DNA of 64,000 bases from Candidatus Bathyarchaeota archaeon (GTDB taxonomy: Archaea > Thermoproteota > Bathyarchaeia > Bathyarchaeales > Bathycorpusculaceae): the NCBI GenBank assembly GCA_963733095.1, contig CAVTBV010000016.1, positions 1-64,000 on the forward strand, written 5' to 3'. Each line of letters starts with the position of its first letter. Position 1 is the stretch's first letter. The notes below the pieces were generated by a model. The model had not been told where the DNA came from. It searched no databases and saw only the letters and a program-made list of their open reading frames with translations. A program made the position numbers and the translations under genes. This document shows, in pieces, positions 1 to 11,058 of the stretch.

Positions 1-178
1 TGTCTCATTTAACACCGCATTACTAATACTTACAAAAAAGCCAACCAAGCCAACCCTCTATAGGCGCTGCATATAGTTTCTGATGGATCCAAATAGGTTC
101 GTTCGACTCCGCCCTCTATCGTTTCAGCATAGAACCCCTAATAGGACCCTAATATTCCCGCAGGGAGGCGGAAATAGT

Positions 179-1186
179 CTAACGAGATAATGCAATCCAC
201 AGGTGATCAGAGACAGGTCTTGGCAGCATCTCCGCCGAATCATCCCTATGCAAAAAGATACGCTTATTGGAGTTCGCGCTAAATTCTCCAATGACTTCAG
301 CGAAAATGTGTTCTTGGGATAATGCATCGATTATTTTGTTTGCAGCTTCAGGCTCCACTGCAATAAGTAATGCTCCCGAGCTGATAAGTTGCAAAGGGTC
401 AATTTCGTAAAACCTGCAGATTTTAGCGGTTTCCGGCTCAATTGTAATTTTTTCCTCTACAATTCGGACCCCTAACCCGGCAGCATCCGCCATTTCATGG
501 ATACCGTTTAGAACGCCGCCCTCGGTTGGATCATGCATGGCATGAACGCCGCCGCATCTGTAAGCGGTTAAAGCTTCTTTTACAACGCTGATTTGTCTGT
601 AGAAGCTCTTTGCACTCTCAATCAGGGCTTGGTTGAATGTTTTTGAGAGTTGTGCCTCGCGGTCAGAGGCTAAGATTGCTGTGCCTTCGATTCCCGCGCT
701 TTTGGTTAGAATTAGTTTATCGCCGGCTTTTGCTCCCGCCGCTGTCACGTATTTACCTTCTTCAGTTAAGCCCATAACGCAACCCACCACGATAGGATTA
801 GCCAATCCAGGAGTTGATTCGCAGTGTCCGCCCACGATGGCTATACCTAACTCTTTTGCAGCATTGTGCATTTGGACACTTATGGTTTCAACGATTTTGC
901 TGTCGGCGTTCTCTGGAAGCATGATGCATGAAAAGAAGAAGGCTGGTTCCACGCCAAAAGTGGCTACATCGTTTGCATTGATGTTTATGGCTTCCCACCC
1001 TATGCGATCAACTGCACCTGTGATTGGGTCCATTGAGACTACGGCGTTTTTGTTTCCCAAATTTAAGACTGCCCCGTCAACTCCAGCTGCAGGTCCTAAA
1101 ATGACTTCGCTTCGAGTAGCACCGAGGTTTTTGAAAACAACATCTTTTAAAATATCTATTGGGATTTTTCCAGGTGGAAGCTTCAT
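179..1186 (-). CDS. AIR synthase-family (HypE/ThiL-like) protein
   Basis: 335 aa with N(D)VATFG, VGGHCE and AMHDPTEGG motifs of the PurM/HypE superfamily. Confidence 0.85.
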   Translation of the reverse strand: MKLPPGKIPIDILKDVVFKNLGATRSEVILGPAAGVDGAVLNLGNKNAVVSMDPITGAVDRIGWEAININANDVATFGVEPAFFFSCIMLPENADSKIVETISVQMHNAAKELGIAIVGGHCESTPGLANPIVVGCVMGLTEEGKYVTAAGAKAGDKLILTKSAGIEGTAILASDREAQLSKTFNQALIESAKSFYRQISVVKEALTAYRCGGVHAMHDPTEGGVLNGIHEMADAAGLGVRIVEEKITIEPETAKICRFYEIDPLQLISSGALLIAVEPEAANKIIDALSQEHIFAEVIGEFSANSNKRIFLHRDDSAEMLPRPVSDHLWIALSR

Positions 1187-1199
1187 GCTTTATCCTCTG

Positions 1200-1757
1200 T
1201 TAAAACTGTCTTTTAAGCTGTGGGAAAATACGGAGAACGGCATGCATTATGGGTACAGCAATTATGAGACCTATGAGCATTTGTACGATGTTGAAGGGAA
1301 CTTCTACAGCTGCCAGAGCGACTGGATAGCCCAAGGCAAGGGTTTCGTACATAAAGTATCCAACAACCATCTCAAAGCCACCGATTACGATGGCTATAGT
1401 AGCGCAAATTGTGAGACTTTTTATTTTTTTGTTTAATTCTTTGGTTAGAAAGCCGACGAGGAAACCCTCTACAGCTTTTATAGTTAAGGTTCCAGGGGCA
1501 AATTGTACTGCAACAAGTGCGTCGGCTATAGATGCGCCCGCACCCGCAGCTGCTCCCACTAATGGTCCAAAGAGCAGAGCTGCAACGTAGATGAGCGTTT
1601 CGCCAAGGTTGAAGTATCCACTGGTTGCGGGAATAGGAATTACGAAAAGGAGGGTGGCGGCTGCTACTAGTCCTGCGAAAATTGCTGCTGCCGCGATCTT
1701 GAATGCGGGGGATGATTCAAAGCTCAGTTTTTTGCCGAGGGCTTGTTTTTCACTCAT
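1200..1757 (-). CDS. ECF transporter S component
   Basis: Hydrophobic 185 aa with the IPIPATSGYFNLGE motif. Confidence 0.85.
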   Translation of the reverse strand: MSEKQALGKKLSFESSPAFKIAAAAIFAGLVAAATLLFVIPIPATSGYFNLGETLIYVAALLFGPLVGAAAGAGASIADALVAVQFAPGTLTIKAVEGFLVGFLTKELNKKIKSLTICATIAIVIGGFEMVVGYFMYETLALGYPVALAAVEVPFNIVQMLIGLIIAVPIMHAVLRIFPQLKRQF

Positions 1758-1988
1758 CTACTTCACAGCGTTATAGTTTCAGAGATACATATTTTGAGGT
1801 GCCCTATAAAAGCATCATTGCAAAATTTATGCCTTAAAGAATTAGACAACTTCTTTAAGATACTGAAAAATTAGCTTTAAATGAGGAGGCGACAGTTTTA
1901 GTGAACTTCAGGGAGCCGCATGGCGAAGAGGAAAATCTAAATGTTACTTCTTCGCAGAATAATACAGAACAAAGAAGAGTTGCATAAA

Positions 1989-2393
1989 ATGAGCACAGTT
2001 AGAGAAGACCCAATTAAAATGCACAAAGACGCTAACGCGTTAATGGAAAACCACCAATACATCGAGGCAAGAGACCTTTTTGCCAAAGTAGCCGACCTCT
2101 ACTACAAGGGACAGAACTATTTTGGCTCAGCAGAAATGAACTACAAAGCCGGCGAATGCAGCTTCGCCTTAAAAGAATACGAGAAAGCTATAGAGTTCTT
2201 CATGAAATCCGCCGATGTCTCGTTTAACAAAGGCTTTGAACGGTTTGGTGTTAGCGCATTAGAATATGCAAGGGACAGCCAAATGAAAGTGGGCAACACC
2301 AAAGAAGTCGAGGAACTTAACAAGAGGATTAAAGAAATTAACGATAAACAAAATGAACCTGAAGGCGAATCATCGTTCTCAGTATTTTCCTAA
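1989..2393 (+). CDS. TPR/SNAP-like helical repeat protein
   Basis: Helical repeats such as YKAGEC..EYEKAIEFF; the ATG at 1989 is the likelier start. Confidence 0.6.
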   Translation: MSTVREDPIKMHKDANALMENHQYIEARDLFAKVADLYYKGQNYFGSAEMNYKAGECSFALKEYEKAIEFFMKSADVSFNKGFERFGVSALEYARDSQMKVGNTKEVEELNKRIKEINDKQNEPEGESSFSVFS

Positions 2394-2427
2394 ATCTTAA
2401 TTAGTTATCTTTAAGTTTTTTTGTTTT

Positions 2428-3192
2428 TTAGAGAATTTGGTAACTCATACTTGCCCCTTTGCTGCTTGTAACAGCAAAGTCGGTTAAGTTTTGATATTCA
2501 GGGATAAAATCTACGACGCCTAACATGTAAGATGGATGTTTCTCCAACTCTACCTCGCTTGTGTAGAGTGTTTTTGTGAACCTAAGCACTGTGTTTGCTT
2601 TTGCAGTAGTTATATCTTGCAGGGTACTGTTTCTTCTGTTGCTCTCATGGGACAGGTACGTTGCGATTACGATAATTCGGTGCTTCTTTGCAAAGCCTGC
2701 AAGGTAACTCATGATTTGGCTGTAAGCCGCTTTTGCTTCTTGGTCATCCACACTATCATGCAAGAATGAACATGCTATATCAGAGATTACTACAAGTTTT
2801 GCACCAGAGGTTTCTACGGTCTCTTCTAGTTTCTCCATTATTAGAGAAGTTAGCCGATAAGCCGTATACGCCCGCATGTTAATAACCTGCCCAAGTACTG
2901 CATTGGGATCTAGTCCTTGAAGTTCTGCAACCTGGAATATGTTTGACAATGAGGAGCTGTTTGCTGCATCGATGAAAACAACTTTACTTTCTAAGCCACC
3001 AAGTTGTTTTGATAATTGAGCGCGAACGCATAGTTGAGATACTAAAGAAGTAACAGATTGGGAGCCATATATTGCGGCGAAGTCTCCTGCTTTGAAACCT
3101 GGAAACAGACCATCTATGTCTGGCACATTAAAAGTGAACCGTGTTATAGTTGTTTGTGCCGTTGCCTTTTTAAGTATTAGTTTTTGTTGCAT
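2428..3192 (-). CDS. RadA/RadB-like RecA-fold protein with degenerate Walker A
   Basis: QLGGLESKVVFIDAAN and LVVISD motifs; the P-loop position reads GSQSVTS, with no GKT. Confidence 0.75.
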   Translation of the reverse strand: MQQKLILKKATAQTTITRFTFNVPDIDGLFPGFKAGDFAAIYGSQSVTSLVSQLCVRAQLSKQLGGLESKVVFIDAANSSSLSNIFQVAELQGLDPNAVLGQVINMRAYTAYRLTSLIMEKLEETVETSGAKLVVISDIACSFLHDSVDDQEAKAAYSQIMSYLAGFAKKHRIIVIATYLSHESNRRNSTLQDITTAKANTVLRFTKTLYTSEVELEKHPSYMLGVVDFIPEYQNLTDFAVTSSKGASMSYQIL

Positions 3193-3350
3193 CGTAACTT
3201 CACTGAAATCCAGTTACGGCGTTTTTGCCTATTTAAAGCATCGATGCAACAACATAGCCCCATAGAGGAGGGGCCAGTGAAAGTAAACTTTAGGGCAATC
3301 AATTATAGGCTCAAACAGCTCTATTCTAACTGTGTTTTTTGGGGTAAATT

Positions 3351-5045
3351 ATGTCTGCCTCATTCAAATCGCTCTCTGAACTGCTCGAAAGCGTCGAAGG
3401 TACAAAGAAACGTCTCGAAATCATTGAGCAGACTGCAAACTACCTAAAAACGTTGAGCGCTGAGGAGATTGAAACTGCCACTAACATGATAGTTGGCCGA
3501 GCCTTCCCAAAGTATAGCCAAAAAACCCTCGACGTAAGCTGGTTAACCCTAACCCACACATTAGAGCGTGTAAGTGTTTTTGACTGGGAGGTTTTCCGAC
3601 AAGCCATGGCAAGTGCGGGCGACATAGGCTCAGCCACAAAAGCAGTCCTTGAAAACTCCAAAGCCAAAAAACAAACCCAACTAACCCAAAAAGCCCTAAC
3701 CATAACAGAAGTCCAAACAGCCTTCGACGCCATCGCCCAAACGCAGGGTTCGGGGTCCAGAACAAAAAAAGAACGGCTAATCACAGCGCTGATGAGCCAA
3801 GCAGAACCAGTCGAAGCCAAGTACCTGGTTAAAATCTTCATGGGCGAAATGCGCACGGGGCTTCATGAGGGTTTGATGGAGCAAGCGGTTGCAAAGGCTT
3901 TTGATGTTCCACTTCAAAGGGTGCAACATGCTAGTATGGTTTTAGGGGACATAGGTGAAGTTGCGGCTGTGCTAAAGACGCAGGGAGCAGAGGGATTGGT
4001 GAAGGCGGGATTTAGTGTTTTTAGGCCTGTGAAGCTGATGCTGGCGCAAACTGCCCAGTCGGTCAAAGAGGCATTGGAGGAGCATGGCGGCGAAACCGCT
4101 TTTGAATACAAGTATGACGGCGCGCGCGTGCAAATTCACGTTCTAAACGGCATGGTGAAAATTTTTAGTCGAAGGTTAAGTGATGTTACGACGAGTTTGC
4201 CCGAGGTTATGGAAGCTGTAAACCAAAACATCGGTTCTCAATCTGCAATTGTTGAGGGAGAAGTCATCGCACTCGACAGTGCAGGTTACCCTATTGCGTT
4301 TCAGCATTTGATGCGTCGGTTCAGGCGAATCCGCGGCGTCACTGGCATGGCAGAAAAGATTCCTATAACTCTCTACCTCTTTGACATCCTCTATCTCAAC
4401 GGCATCAGCCTAATAGCCAAATCATATAGAGAACGACGCCAAATTCTCGCCCAGACAGCAGAAAAAATCGCGTTGTCCAACCAAATCGTAACTAACGATT
4501 TATCTCAAGCTGAAGGGTTCTTCAAAGGAGCCCTCGCCGCAGGACATGAAGGTTTGATGGCGAAAAAACTCGACAGTTCATATACGCCTGGGCGCAGGGG
4601 CAAACGTTGGCTTAAAATCAAAGCGACCCTTGACTCCTTAGACCTCGTCATCACCGCCGCCGAGTACGGTTACGGCCGCAGGAAAGGGTGGCTCTCCGAT
4701 TACTACCTCGCAGCAAGAGACCCCCAGACAGGCGAGTTTTGGAACGTCGGCAAGACGTTTAAGGGTTTAACTGACGCTGAAATCATTGAATTAACAAAGC
4801 AACTAAAGCAATCTGCGGTTAGCCAAGATGGACACCGACTAATTGTTATTCCAAAAGTTGTCGTTGAAGTTGCCTACAGCGAAATCCAGAAGAGCCCCCG
4901 ATACAAGAGCCAAATGGCGCTTCGTTTCGCAAGAATCACCCGAATCCGCGATGACAAAACTCCCGAGGAAGCAAGTTCGATTGGTCGGGTTAGGGAAATA
5001 TATGATAGGCAGTTCCGCAATAAAGGCAAATACAGCAGTGACTAA
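3351..5045 (+). CDS. lig: ATP-dependent DNA ligase
   Basis: EYKYDGAR adenylation motif, EGLMAK, WLKIK and LRFAR; 564 aa. Confidence 0.95.
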   Translation: MSASFKSLSELLESVEGTKKRLEIIEQTANYLKTLSAEEIETATNMIVGRAFPKYSQKTLDVSWLTLTHTLERVSVFDWEVFRQAMASAGDIGSATKAVLENSKAKKQTQLTQKALTITEVQTAFDAIAQTQGSGSRTKKERLITALMSQAEPVEAKYLVKIFMGEMRTGLHEGLMEQAVAKAFDVPLQRVQHASMVLGDIGEVAAVLKTQGAEGLVKAGFSVFRPVKLMLAQTAQSVKEALEEHGGETAFEYKYDGARVQIHVLNGMVKIFSRRLSDVTTSLPEVMEAVNQNIGSQSAIVEGEVIALDSAGYPIAFQHLMRRFRRIRGVTGMAEKIPITLYLFDILYLNGISLIAKSYRERRQILAQTAEKIALSNQIVTNDLSQAEGFFKGALAAGHEGLMAKKLDSSYTPGRRGKRWLKIKATLDSLDLVITAAEYGYGRRKGWLSDYYLAARDPQTGEFWNVGKTFKGLTDAEIIELTKQLKQSAVSQDGHRLIVIPKVVVEVAYSEIQKSPRYKSQMALRFARITRIRDDKTPEEASSIGRVREIYDRQFRNKGKYSSD

Positions 5046-5051
5046 CAGGGA

Positions 5052-6101
5052 GTGTTTGAGTTGGATACACAAGAGAAAGAGGCGTTTGCGAAGGAGTTCT
5101 ACAGTCGCCAAACCATCCTAAAGGAGCTGGGCGAGAAGGGGCAGCAGAAACTTGCCAACTCCAAAGTCGCTATCGTCGGTGCGGGTGGTCTGGGCACCGT
5201 TTCCTCCCTCTACCTTGCGTTGGCTGGGGTTGGCTACATCCGCTTAATCGACCAAGACACCATCGAACCCCACAACCTCCACCGCCAAATCCTCTATAAC
5301 CCAGATGACCTCCACTACCCCAAAACAGAGGTTGCCGCAAGACGGCTCGAAAAACAAAATCCAATGGTAGCAGTTGAGGCGGTTCCTGAAAACGTTAATG
5401 CAGGGAATGTTGAACGACTCCTGAAAGGGGTTGATTGTGTCGTTGATGGCTTAGATAATATGGTGACCCGCTACCTCGTTAACCGTGCCTGCGTAAAACT
5501 GGGCACCCCATACATTTTTGGTGCAGCCATCGGCATCGAAGGCAACCTATCTGTTTTCGCGCCGCCAGAAACAGGGTGTCTAGAATGTTTGATGCCTAAC
5601 CTCTCCGACTCAGACCTTCTAACATGCAATACTCGCGGCGTCATTGGAGCAACAACTGGGATAATTGGCTCTCTGCAAGCTATGGAGACCATAAAACTCC
5701 TAACAGGCGTAGGTTCGACTTTGAAGAATAAGTTGATGGTTTGCGACTTCAGCGACATGGACTTCACCATTATTGACATTTCCAAAAACACTCACTGTCC
5801 CGTCTGCCACGGCGACGTAGCCTCAATTGCAGGCGGCGAACGGCTGGTTTGGCTCTGCGGCAAAGAAACCGCCAACATCAACCCCGAAAAACCCCTAAAA
5901 CTCAACCTCGAAGAAATCTACCCACAGGTCAGCAAGCAATTCAAAATCCGTTTAAAATCGCGTTTAGCATTAATGTTTGATTACAAAAGCTACGAGGTCA
6001 GCCTCTTTAACGGTGGAAGGATGCTGATAAAAGGGGTTGCGGATGAAAAAACCGCTTTGACCGTTTACAGGGAAATCCTGAAGAAAATAAACGTCGGTTA
6101 A
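5052..6101 (+). CDS. ThiF/MoeB/E1-like adenylyltransferase
   Basis: VGAGGLG, NLHRQ, CLEC and CPVC motifs. Confidence 0.9.
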   Translation: MFELDTQEKEAFAKEFYSRQTILKELGEKGQQKLANSKVAIVGAGGLGTVSSLYLALAGVGYIRLIDQDTIEPHNLHRQILYNPDDLHYPKTEVAARRLEKQNPMVAVEAVPENVNAGNVERLLKGVDCVVDGLDNMVTRYLVNRACVKLGTPYIFGAAIGIEGNLSVFAPPETGCLECLMPNLSDSDLLTCNTRGVIGATTGIIGSLQAMETIKLLTGVGSTLKNKLMVCDFSDMDFTIIDISKNTHCPVCHGDVASIAGGERLVWLCGKETANINPEKPLKLNLEEIYPQVSKQFKIRLKSRLALMFDYKSYEVSLFNGGRMLIKGVADEKTALTVYREILKKINVG

Positions 6102-7344
6102 CGGTTTAGCAGCTTTATCAAAGCTGTGGCGTCATTTACCCAGCCATCGATGACTTTGAGGTTATCATCTAGCTTCTGAGGGTTCTTTTCAAATCCCTTA
6201 AGCTGTCCCTGCTGATGAACGTAGTAACCTGCTAATTGGTTCAATGGCTCAATGAACTCTGCAGTTGAAGCCATAGCTTTCAAGCTGTCTCCTAATGCCT
6301 TAAAGTGTTGTTTGCATTTCGTCAATTGACATGCCTGTAGTCTTCTTGAAGTCTCGGCTTACCCATTGGCGTTCAAAGAGGTTACGTTTCTTCCATCCTT
6401 CAGACTGCTCAATGTATGTTTTAAGGATCGCTTGGTAGAGTTCGGGTGTGCTCCTTGTTTCGCTTGGGTTAGGTATTTCTGCCTTTTGTTGTTGTTGGCT
6501 TGGTTTCGATTCTTGGATTTGGGTTTCTTCTTGTTCTGTCAGAGGTATTCCTGCTTCCCGAAGCACTTGGATGGAGCTTGTTTCTTGCCCATGGTACTTC
6601 TTGGCAAGGGCAACTGCTATAGCGAAGCCTGCGCCCGCCGCCTCAGGAGAAATTTGGGCATTCTTGTTTAACTCAAACAGCTGTTCCAAACTCATCCCCA
6701 TCAGCGACGCCACCTTTCCACCGCCCTCAACAAAGCCAGGCGTTTTGGAGATTCCTGGACCAATAGTGAAAGCGTACACTTCTGTCCTTCCACTTCGGCG
6801 GAGAGGGTGTTTGAAAGCTCAACCTGCGCGGTTTTGAAGACCTCGTAGGTTCCCATAAAAGGCGCTGCCCCCGACGAGGAAACGCAGACGAAGACTCCAT
6901 GTTTGCGCCCCAGCATATCTGGCAGAAACTTTCTTGCCAAAACCACTGGACCCCGCAGGTTCACGCGGTAGCTAAAATCCCATTTCTCGACAGGCGTATC
7001 TTTGACGGCGCCCATCGGGAACACGTTGGCGTTGTTTAGGATGATGTCGACTTTTCCATATTTTTTTGTTGCGGCTTCGGCAAGTTTGTCAATGTCTTTT
7101 TCGTTGCTGATGTCTGTCTTAACGAAAAGCGTTTTGCCTGCTCCGAATTCTATGTTGATATTTTCTTCTGCGGCTTTGCCGTTTTTCTCGTCGATTCGGC
7201 GATGACCACATTTGCGCCAAGCCAAACAAGGCTTCTTGCCGCTTCAAAACCGATTCCGCGTCCAGCCCCCGTTACAACGGGGACGTCTCCCTTCAATAAA
7301 TCCTGACTTAGGTTTCCTTTGCTGACAATCAATCCATTCACCAA
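6098..7344 (-). pseudogene. SDR oxidoreductase with C-terminal extension, frameshifted (about 3 breaks)
   Basis: TGAGRGIG lies in ORF 7150-7344, NNA and YEVFK in ORF 6701-7225, and the protein continues in 6300-6779 and 6098-6325; true decay or assembly error. Confidence 0.7.
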
Positions 7345-7382
7345 GCGGTCGCTATTTGCCCGAAGCCATATTTTAGGTTAAC

Positions 7383-8729
7383 TTAGAACAGTTTAAACCC
7401 AAACCATGCTATTTCAGCCCAAAGCACCGCCGATGCAATGGCTACCTGCAAAACCGACAAAACGGCGCCGACTTTCAGGTATTCTCTTAGGCTAATATCT
7501 ACGCCTCTTCGCCGCATGATTTCCAGCCACATCACAATCGCCAGTGAACCGAGTGGGAAAAAGTGTGGTCCCAGATTGTTGCCTATGATGTTGCTAAAGA
7601 CCAGGTTGGTTAAGGCTGGTCCAGTCACGGCAGCTTGATGAATGCTCAGTAAACCCAGAATTGTCATAGGCCAGTTGTTCATGAAACTTGCTCCCACCGT
7701 CACAACCATGCTTGGCCCAAAAACTCCCAGAACTGACGGAAGTTTGCTGGTTGTTACAAGTGCGGAAGCCAACAGATTCGTGACCCCGGCAGCTTCTAAC
7801 CCCTGCACAACTATGAAAATGCTGAGCATAAACAGCACAATATCCCAATTGATATCCCTCGCCAATCCCACGAGCCCTTTCCGCTCTTCGTTCACCGACC
7901 CGTCATGCTTCAATGTAAACCAGTAAACCGCCACAAGAAACAAAGCGCCGCTACAGATTACCAACGAAACAGGGAATTTATTCAATGAAGTCAAAACGTA
8001 CCCAATGTCAATCATCACTAGAGTAACCGAGGTTATTCTCAGTAGGCTGGGCGAAATAGCGGGTTTTCCTTGGGTTAAGGAGGCTGCTGCTTTAAGGTTA
8101 TAAGTGCTGGGAATCTGTTTTCTGAAAAATAGCCAAATCAAAAGCAGACTGCTCAGAAGAACCGCCACTGCGACGGGTCCCATGAAAATTAGGTGGTCGA
8201 TGAAGCTGTACTTGAAGTAGTCTGCGCTTAGGATGTTGATGGGATTGCTTGTTATTAGGGGCATGGCGGCGGTGTCGGCGATTAATCCTGCGGTGAAGAG
8301 GTAAGCAAGTTTGCCTTTTTTGTCTACACCCAAACAGATTACAATCTCAAGCACGATCGGAGTAAGAATCAGAACTGCGCTGTCGTTGGCAAAAAGGATA
8401 CTAACCGCCGCGGTCAGCAGGGCAATGTAGAAGTAAAGTCGCAATCCACTTCCATTTGCCAATTTTACAACTCGCAGAGCCGCCCACCTAAAGAAACCCA
8501 TAGCATCCAGCGTCACCGACAACGCAATGATGCCCAAGAATGCCAATGCGGCATCCCAAATGTCCAAAAATGACAACGCCGCCTGACCCAAACTAACTGT
8601 ACCCAACAAAAGCGACGCCACCGCGCCGATGCCAGCCGCATAACCCAGCCGCAACTTGAAAGGGCGCTTAATCATCAGAAACAGCGTAACTATGAAAACG
8701 GTTATTGCTGCAACTGTGACGTAGACCAA
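7383..8729 (-). CDS. ArsB/NhaD-family membrane transporter
   Basis: Multi-TM protein with FANDSAVLILTP, SNPINI and GSLA..W motifs. Confidence 0.85.
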   Translation of the reverse strand: MVYVTVAAITVFIVTLFLMIKRPFKLRLGYAAGIGAVASLLLGTVSLGQAALSFLDIWDAALAFLGIIALSVTLDAMGFFRWAALRVVKLANGSGLRLYFYIALLTAAVSILFANDSAVLILTPIVLEIVICLGVDKKGKLAYLFTAGLIADTAAMPLITSNPINILSADYFKYSFIDHLIFMGPVAVAVLLSSLLLIWLFFRKQIPSTYNLKAAASLTQGKPAISPSLLRITSVTLVMIDIGYVLTSLNKFPVSLVICSGALFLVAVYWFTLKHDGSVNEERKGLVGLARDINWDIVLFMLSIFIVVQGLEAAGVTNLLASALVTTSKLPSVLGVFGPSMVVTVGASFMNNWPMTILGLLSIHQAAVTGPALTNLVFSNIIGNNLGPHFFPLGSLAIVMWLEIMRRRGVDISLREYLKVGAVLSVLQVAIASAVLWAEIAWFGFKLF

Positions 8730-8847
8730 ACGGAGCCTCGCATATCTTAGCAGGCGCTGTATTCAGGTATAAAAGATTAGCTTTAAACAAACAAGAACTT
8801 GAGGGTGCTTAAAACAAAAAATAAGATAAAGGTTGGAAAAAAGAAGC

Positions 8848-9912
8848 TTATTCTGGCTTCTTCTGTTTAGGACGCAAAGAACGGACAGTTGCGCCTGCAC
8901 GCCACATTTCGCTGTTGCCCATCTCTTTGAGTTCGTCAGCGAGTTTCTGGCGGTAGTCGGGTGCTTTGCTCTTTTCCAGCACGATGCGTGTTTCTTCGCC
9001 TGCCGCAACGAGTTCGTAGAGTGAATCGAACACTGGTTGAGTTGCTTCACGGAAACGGCTTCTCCAGCGTAGCGCGCCGATGCGGGCGGTTTCGCTGCAG
9101 TTGCAGTACATCCAGTCCATGCCGTTTTCGTCGACGAGGCGGATCAGGCTTTGTGTGAGTTCTTCGACGCTTTCGTTGAAGGCTTCGCTTGGGCTGTGTC
9201 CATGTTCACGCAGGGTTTTGTATTGGGCTTCTAGGATGCCTGCGAGTGCGCCCATTAAGGTTCCGCGTTCGCCTGTGAGGTCGCTGTAGGTTTCTTTTTC
9301 GAATGTGGTTGGGAAGAGGTATCCTCCGCCGATTGCGATGCCGAGGGCTTTTGCGCGTTCTTGGGCTTTGCCTGTTGCGTCTTGGAAGACTGCGAAGCTG
9401 CAGTTTATGCCGCTTCCGTCAACAAAGTTTCGACGCACGGATGTTCCTGAGCCTTTTGGTGCAACAAGGATTACGTCTATGTCTTTGGGTGGGATAACGC
9501 CTGTTTGTTCCTTGTAAACAATCGAGAAGCCGTGGCTGAAGTATAGTGCATCTCCTTTTTTGAGGGTTGCTTTGACTTTTGGCCATACTGCTTTTTGTGC
9601 CGCATCGGTGAGTAGGAAAAGTTTGATGGTTCCTTTTTTGGCTGCTTCTTCCATCGGGAAGAGGTTTTTGCCTGGAACCCAGCCGTCTGCGACTGCTTTG
9701 TCCCATTCCTTTTTGAATGGACCTTCTTTTTCTTGTCCGATGATTACTTTTATGCCTTGGTCACGCATGTTTAGTGATTGAGCTTGACCTTGAATGCCGT
9801 AACCGAGTGAGACGACAACCTCGTCTTTTAGGATTTTTTGGGCTTTTGCCAACGTGAATTCTTCTCTAGTAATGACGTCCTCTTTGACGCCTCCGAAATC
9901 GATTTTCACCAT
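8848..9912 (-). CDS. ilvC: Ketol-acid reductoisomerase
   Basis: GYGIQG, FSHGF, VAPKG and SDLTGERG motifs. Confidence 0.95.
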   Translation of the reverse strand: MVKIDFGGVKEDVITREEFTLAKAQKILKDEVVVSLGYGIQGQAQSLNMRDQGIKVIIGQEKEGPFKKEWDKAVADGWVPGKNLFPMEEAAKKGTIKLFLLTDAAQKAVWPKVKATLKKGDALYFSHGFSIVYKEQTGVIPPKDIDVILVAPKGSGTSVRRNFVDGSGINCSFAVFQDATGKAQERAKALGIAIGGGYLFPTTFEKETYSDLTGERGTLMGALAGILEAQYKTLREHGHSPSEAFNESVEELTQSLIRLVDENGMDWMYCNCSETARIGALRWRSRFREATQPVFDSLYELVAAGEETRIVLEKSKAPDYRQKLADELKEMGNSEMWRAGATVRSLRPKQKKPE

Positions 9913-10201
9913 TTTTTATGTTACCTCAGCTTCTCCATTTAGCAGACGGTGTAATTAAGAATTTTGTAGAAAAACATCGAGATATTGAACGAAAGAGCGA
10001 AAAGAGGCGGCTCAGAATTTATCTTGCTTGATTAGATTTAGGTATTGTCCTATTAGGTTTTAATTTTTTGCTTTTGAATAGGTTTAAGAGTATGACGCGC
10101 GTCATAATAATATTGGAGAGAAGAAAACGAAGCAAAAAATCCTCATAACAACCATAATTCTTGCATTTCTAATAGCTCTTCTTTTTCCAACAGCGCTGTC
10201 T

Positions 10202-10918
10202 TTGGAAACACCTCAATGGGATCTACAAATAACAGCCCTTAGCGGAACAACCATAAACTTCACGTACCGAGACCTCCTAGCCCTACCCCAAACGCTCGTT
10301 ACTGCTGACCTATTCTGCTACGGCGCCCCCATCGCTGGCGGAGATTGGCAGGGAGCAAAACTCTCAGACATTCTAAACCAAGCAGGTATGGAACCATCAG
10401 TCTTATCGATTGATTTTGGAGCAAAAGATGGATATTCAGTAAGCATGCCAATCGACACAGCAATGAGATCGGATGTAATAGTCGCTTACCAATTGAACGG
10501 GTTGCCGCTCGCTGAAACACTGCGTTTAGTGGTGCCTAGCTCAAACGGCAATGTTTGGATATCTATGCTTACATCGATTAGCATGAGCAACAGTCCCCTT
10601 GGCGAAAGCATCTCTGCAAATGCCAGACTAACACCCTATGTGCCCCCTCAGACTGCATCAACCACCCCAACAGTCCAACCTTTACAACAACAGCAAACTC
10701 AACCACAAACTCCCACAGCCACAAACAACAAAAATTCAACAACCGAACCCACAGTACCTCCAGCAAACGTAACTCAAATTCCTTCCGAGCAGAAAATGGC
10801 AGGGCAGCAAGAGTCAATCCTGCCCGCTGGTGCATTCTACATTTTAGCGATTGGCGCGGTTACTGGGTTAATTGTAGCTTTCTCTTTGGTTTTCCGGCAT
10901 CGCAAATTGAGAAGTTAG
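10202..10918 (+). CDS. Membrane-anchored sulfite oxidase-like molybdopterin-binding protein
   Basis: LFCYG, WQG, DGYS and LRLVVP motifs, a P/T/Q-rich linker and a C-terminal TM. An in-frame signal-peptide-like stretch runs back to about 10121, so the start is uncertain. Confidence 0.75.
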   Translation: METPQWDLQITALSGTTINFTYRDLLALPQTLVTADLFCYGAPIAGGDWQGAKLSDILNQAGMEPSVLSIDFGAKDGYSVSMPIDTAMRSDVIVAYQLNGLPLAETLRLVVPSSNGNVWISMLTSISMSNSPLGESISANARLTPYVPPQTASTTPTVQPLQQQQTQPQTPTATNNKNSTTEPTVPPANVTQIPSEQKMAGQQESILPAGAFYILAIGAVTGLIVAFSLVFRHRKLRS

Positions 10919-11058
10919 TTGGTCAGGTTTTGTTTTGTGGATAAAAAAATAGTCATTTGGCATTTTTCTGAGCCTGTAAATAATTAACCCTCAAACTCCA
11001 ATTTTCCACTTAATTAAAAGCGCAAAATAATTAAACCGTTTTCTTCTAATACCAACTT

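Noticed and set aside
633-1436. 267-aa plus-strand ORF and similar antisense ORFs throughout the window
   Set aside because: They are shadows of well-supported opposite-strand genes and have no motifs.
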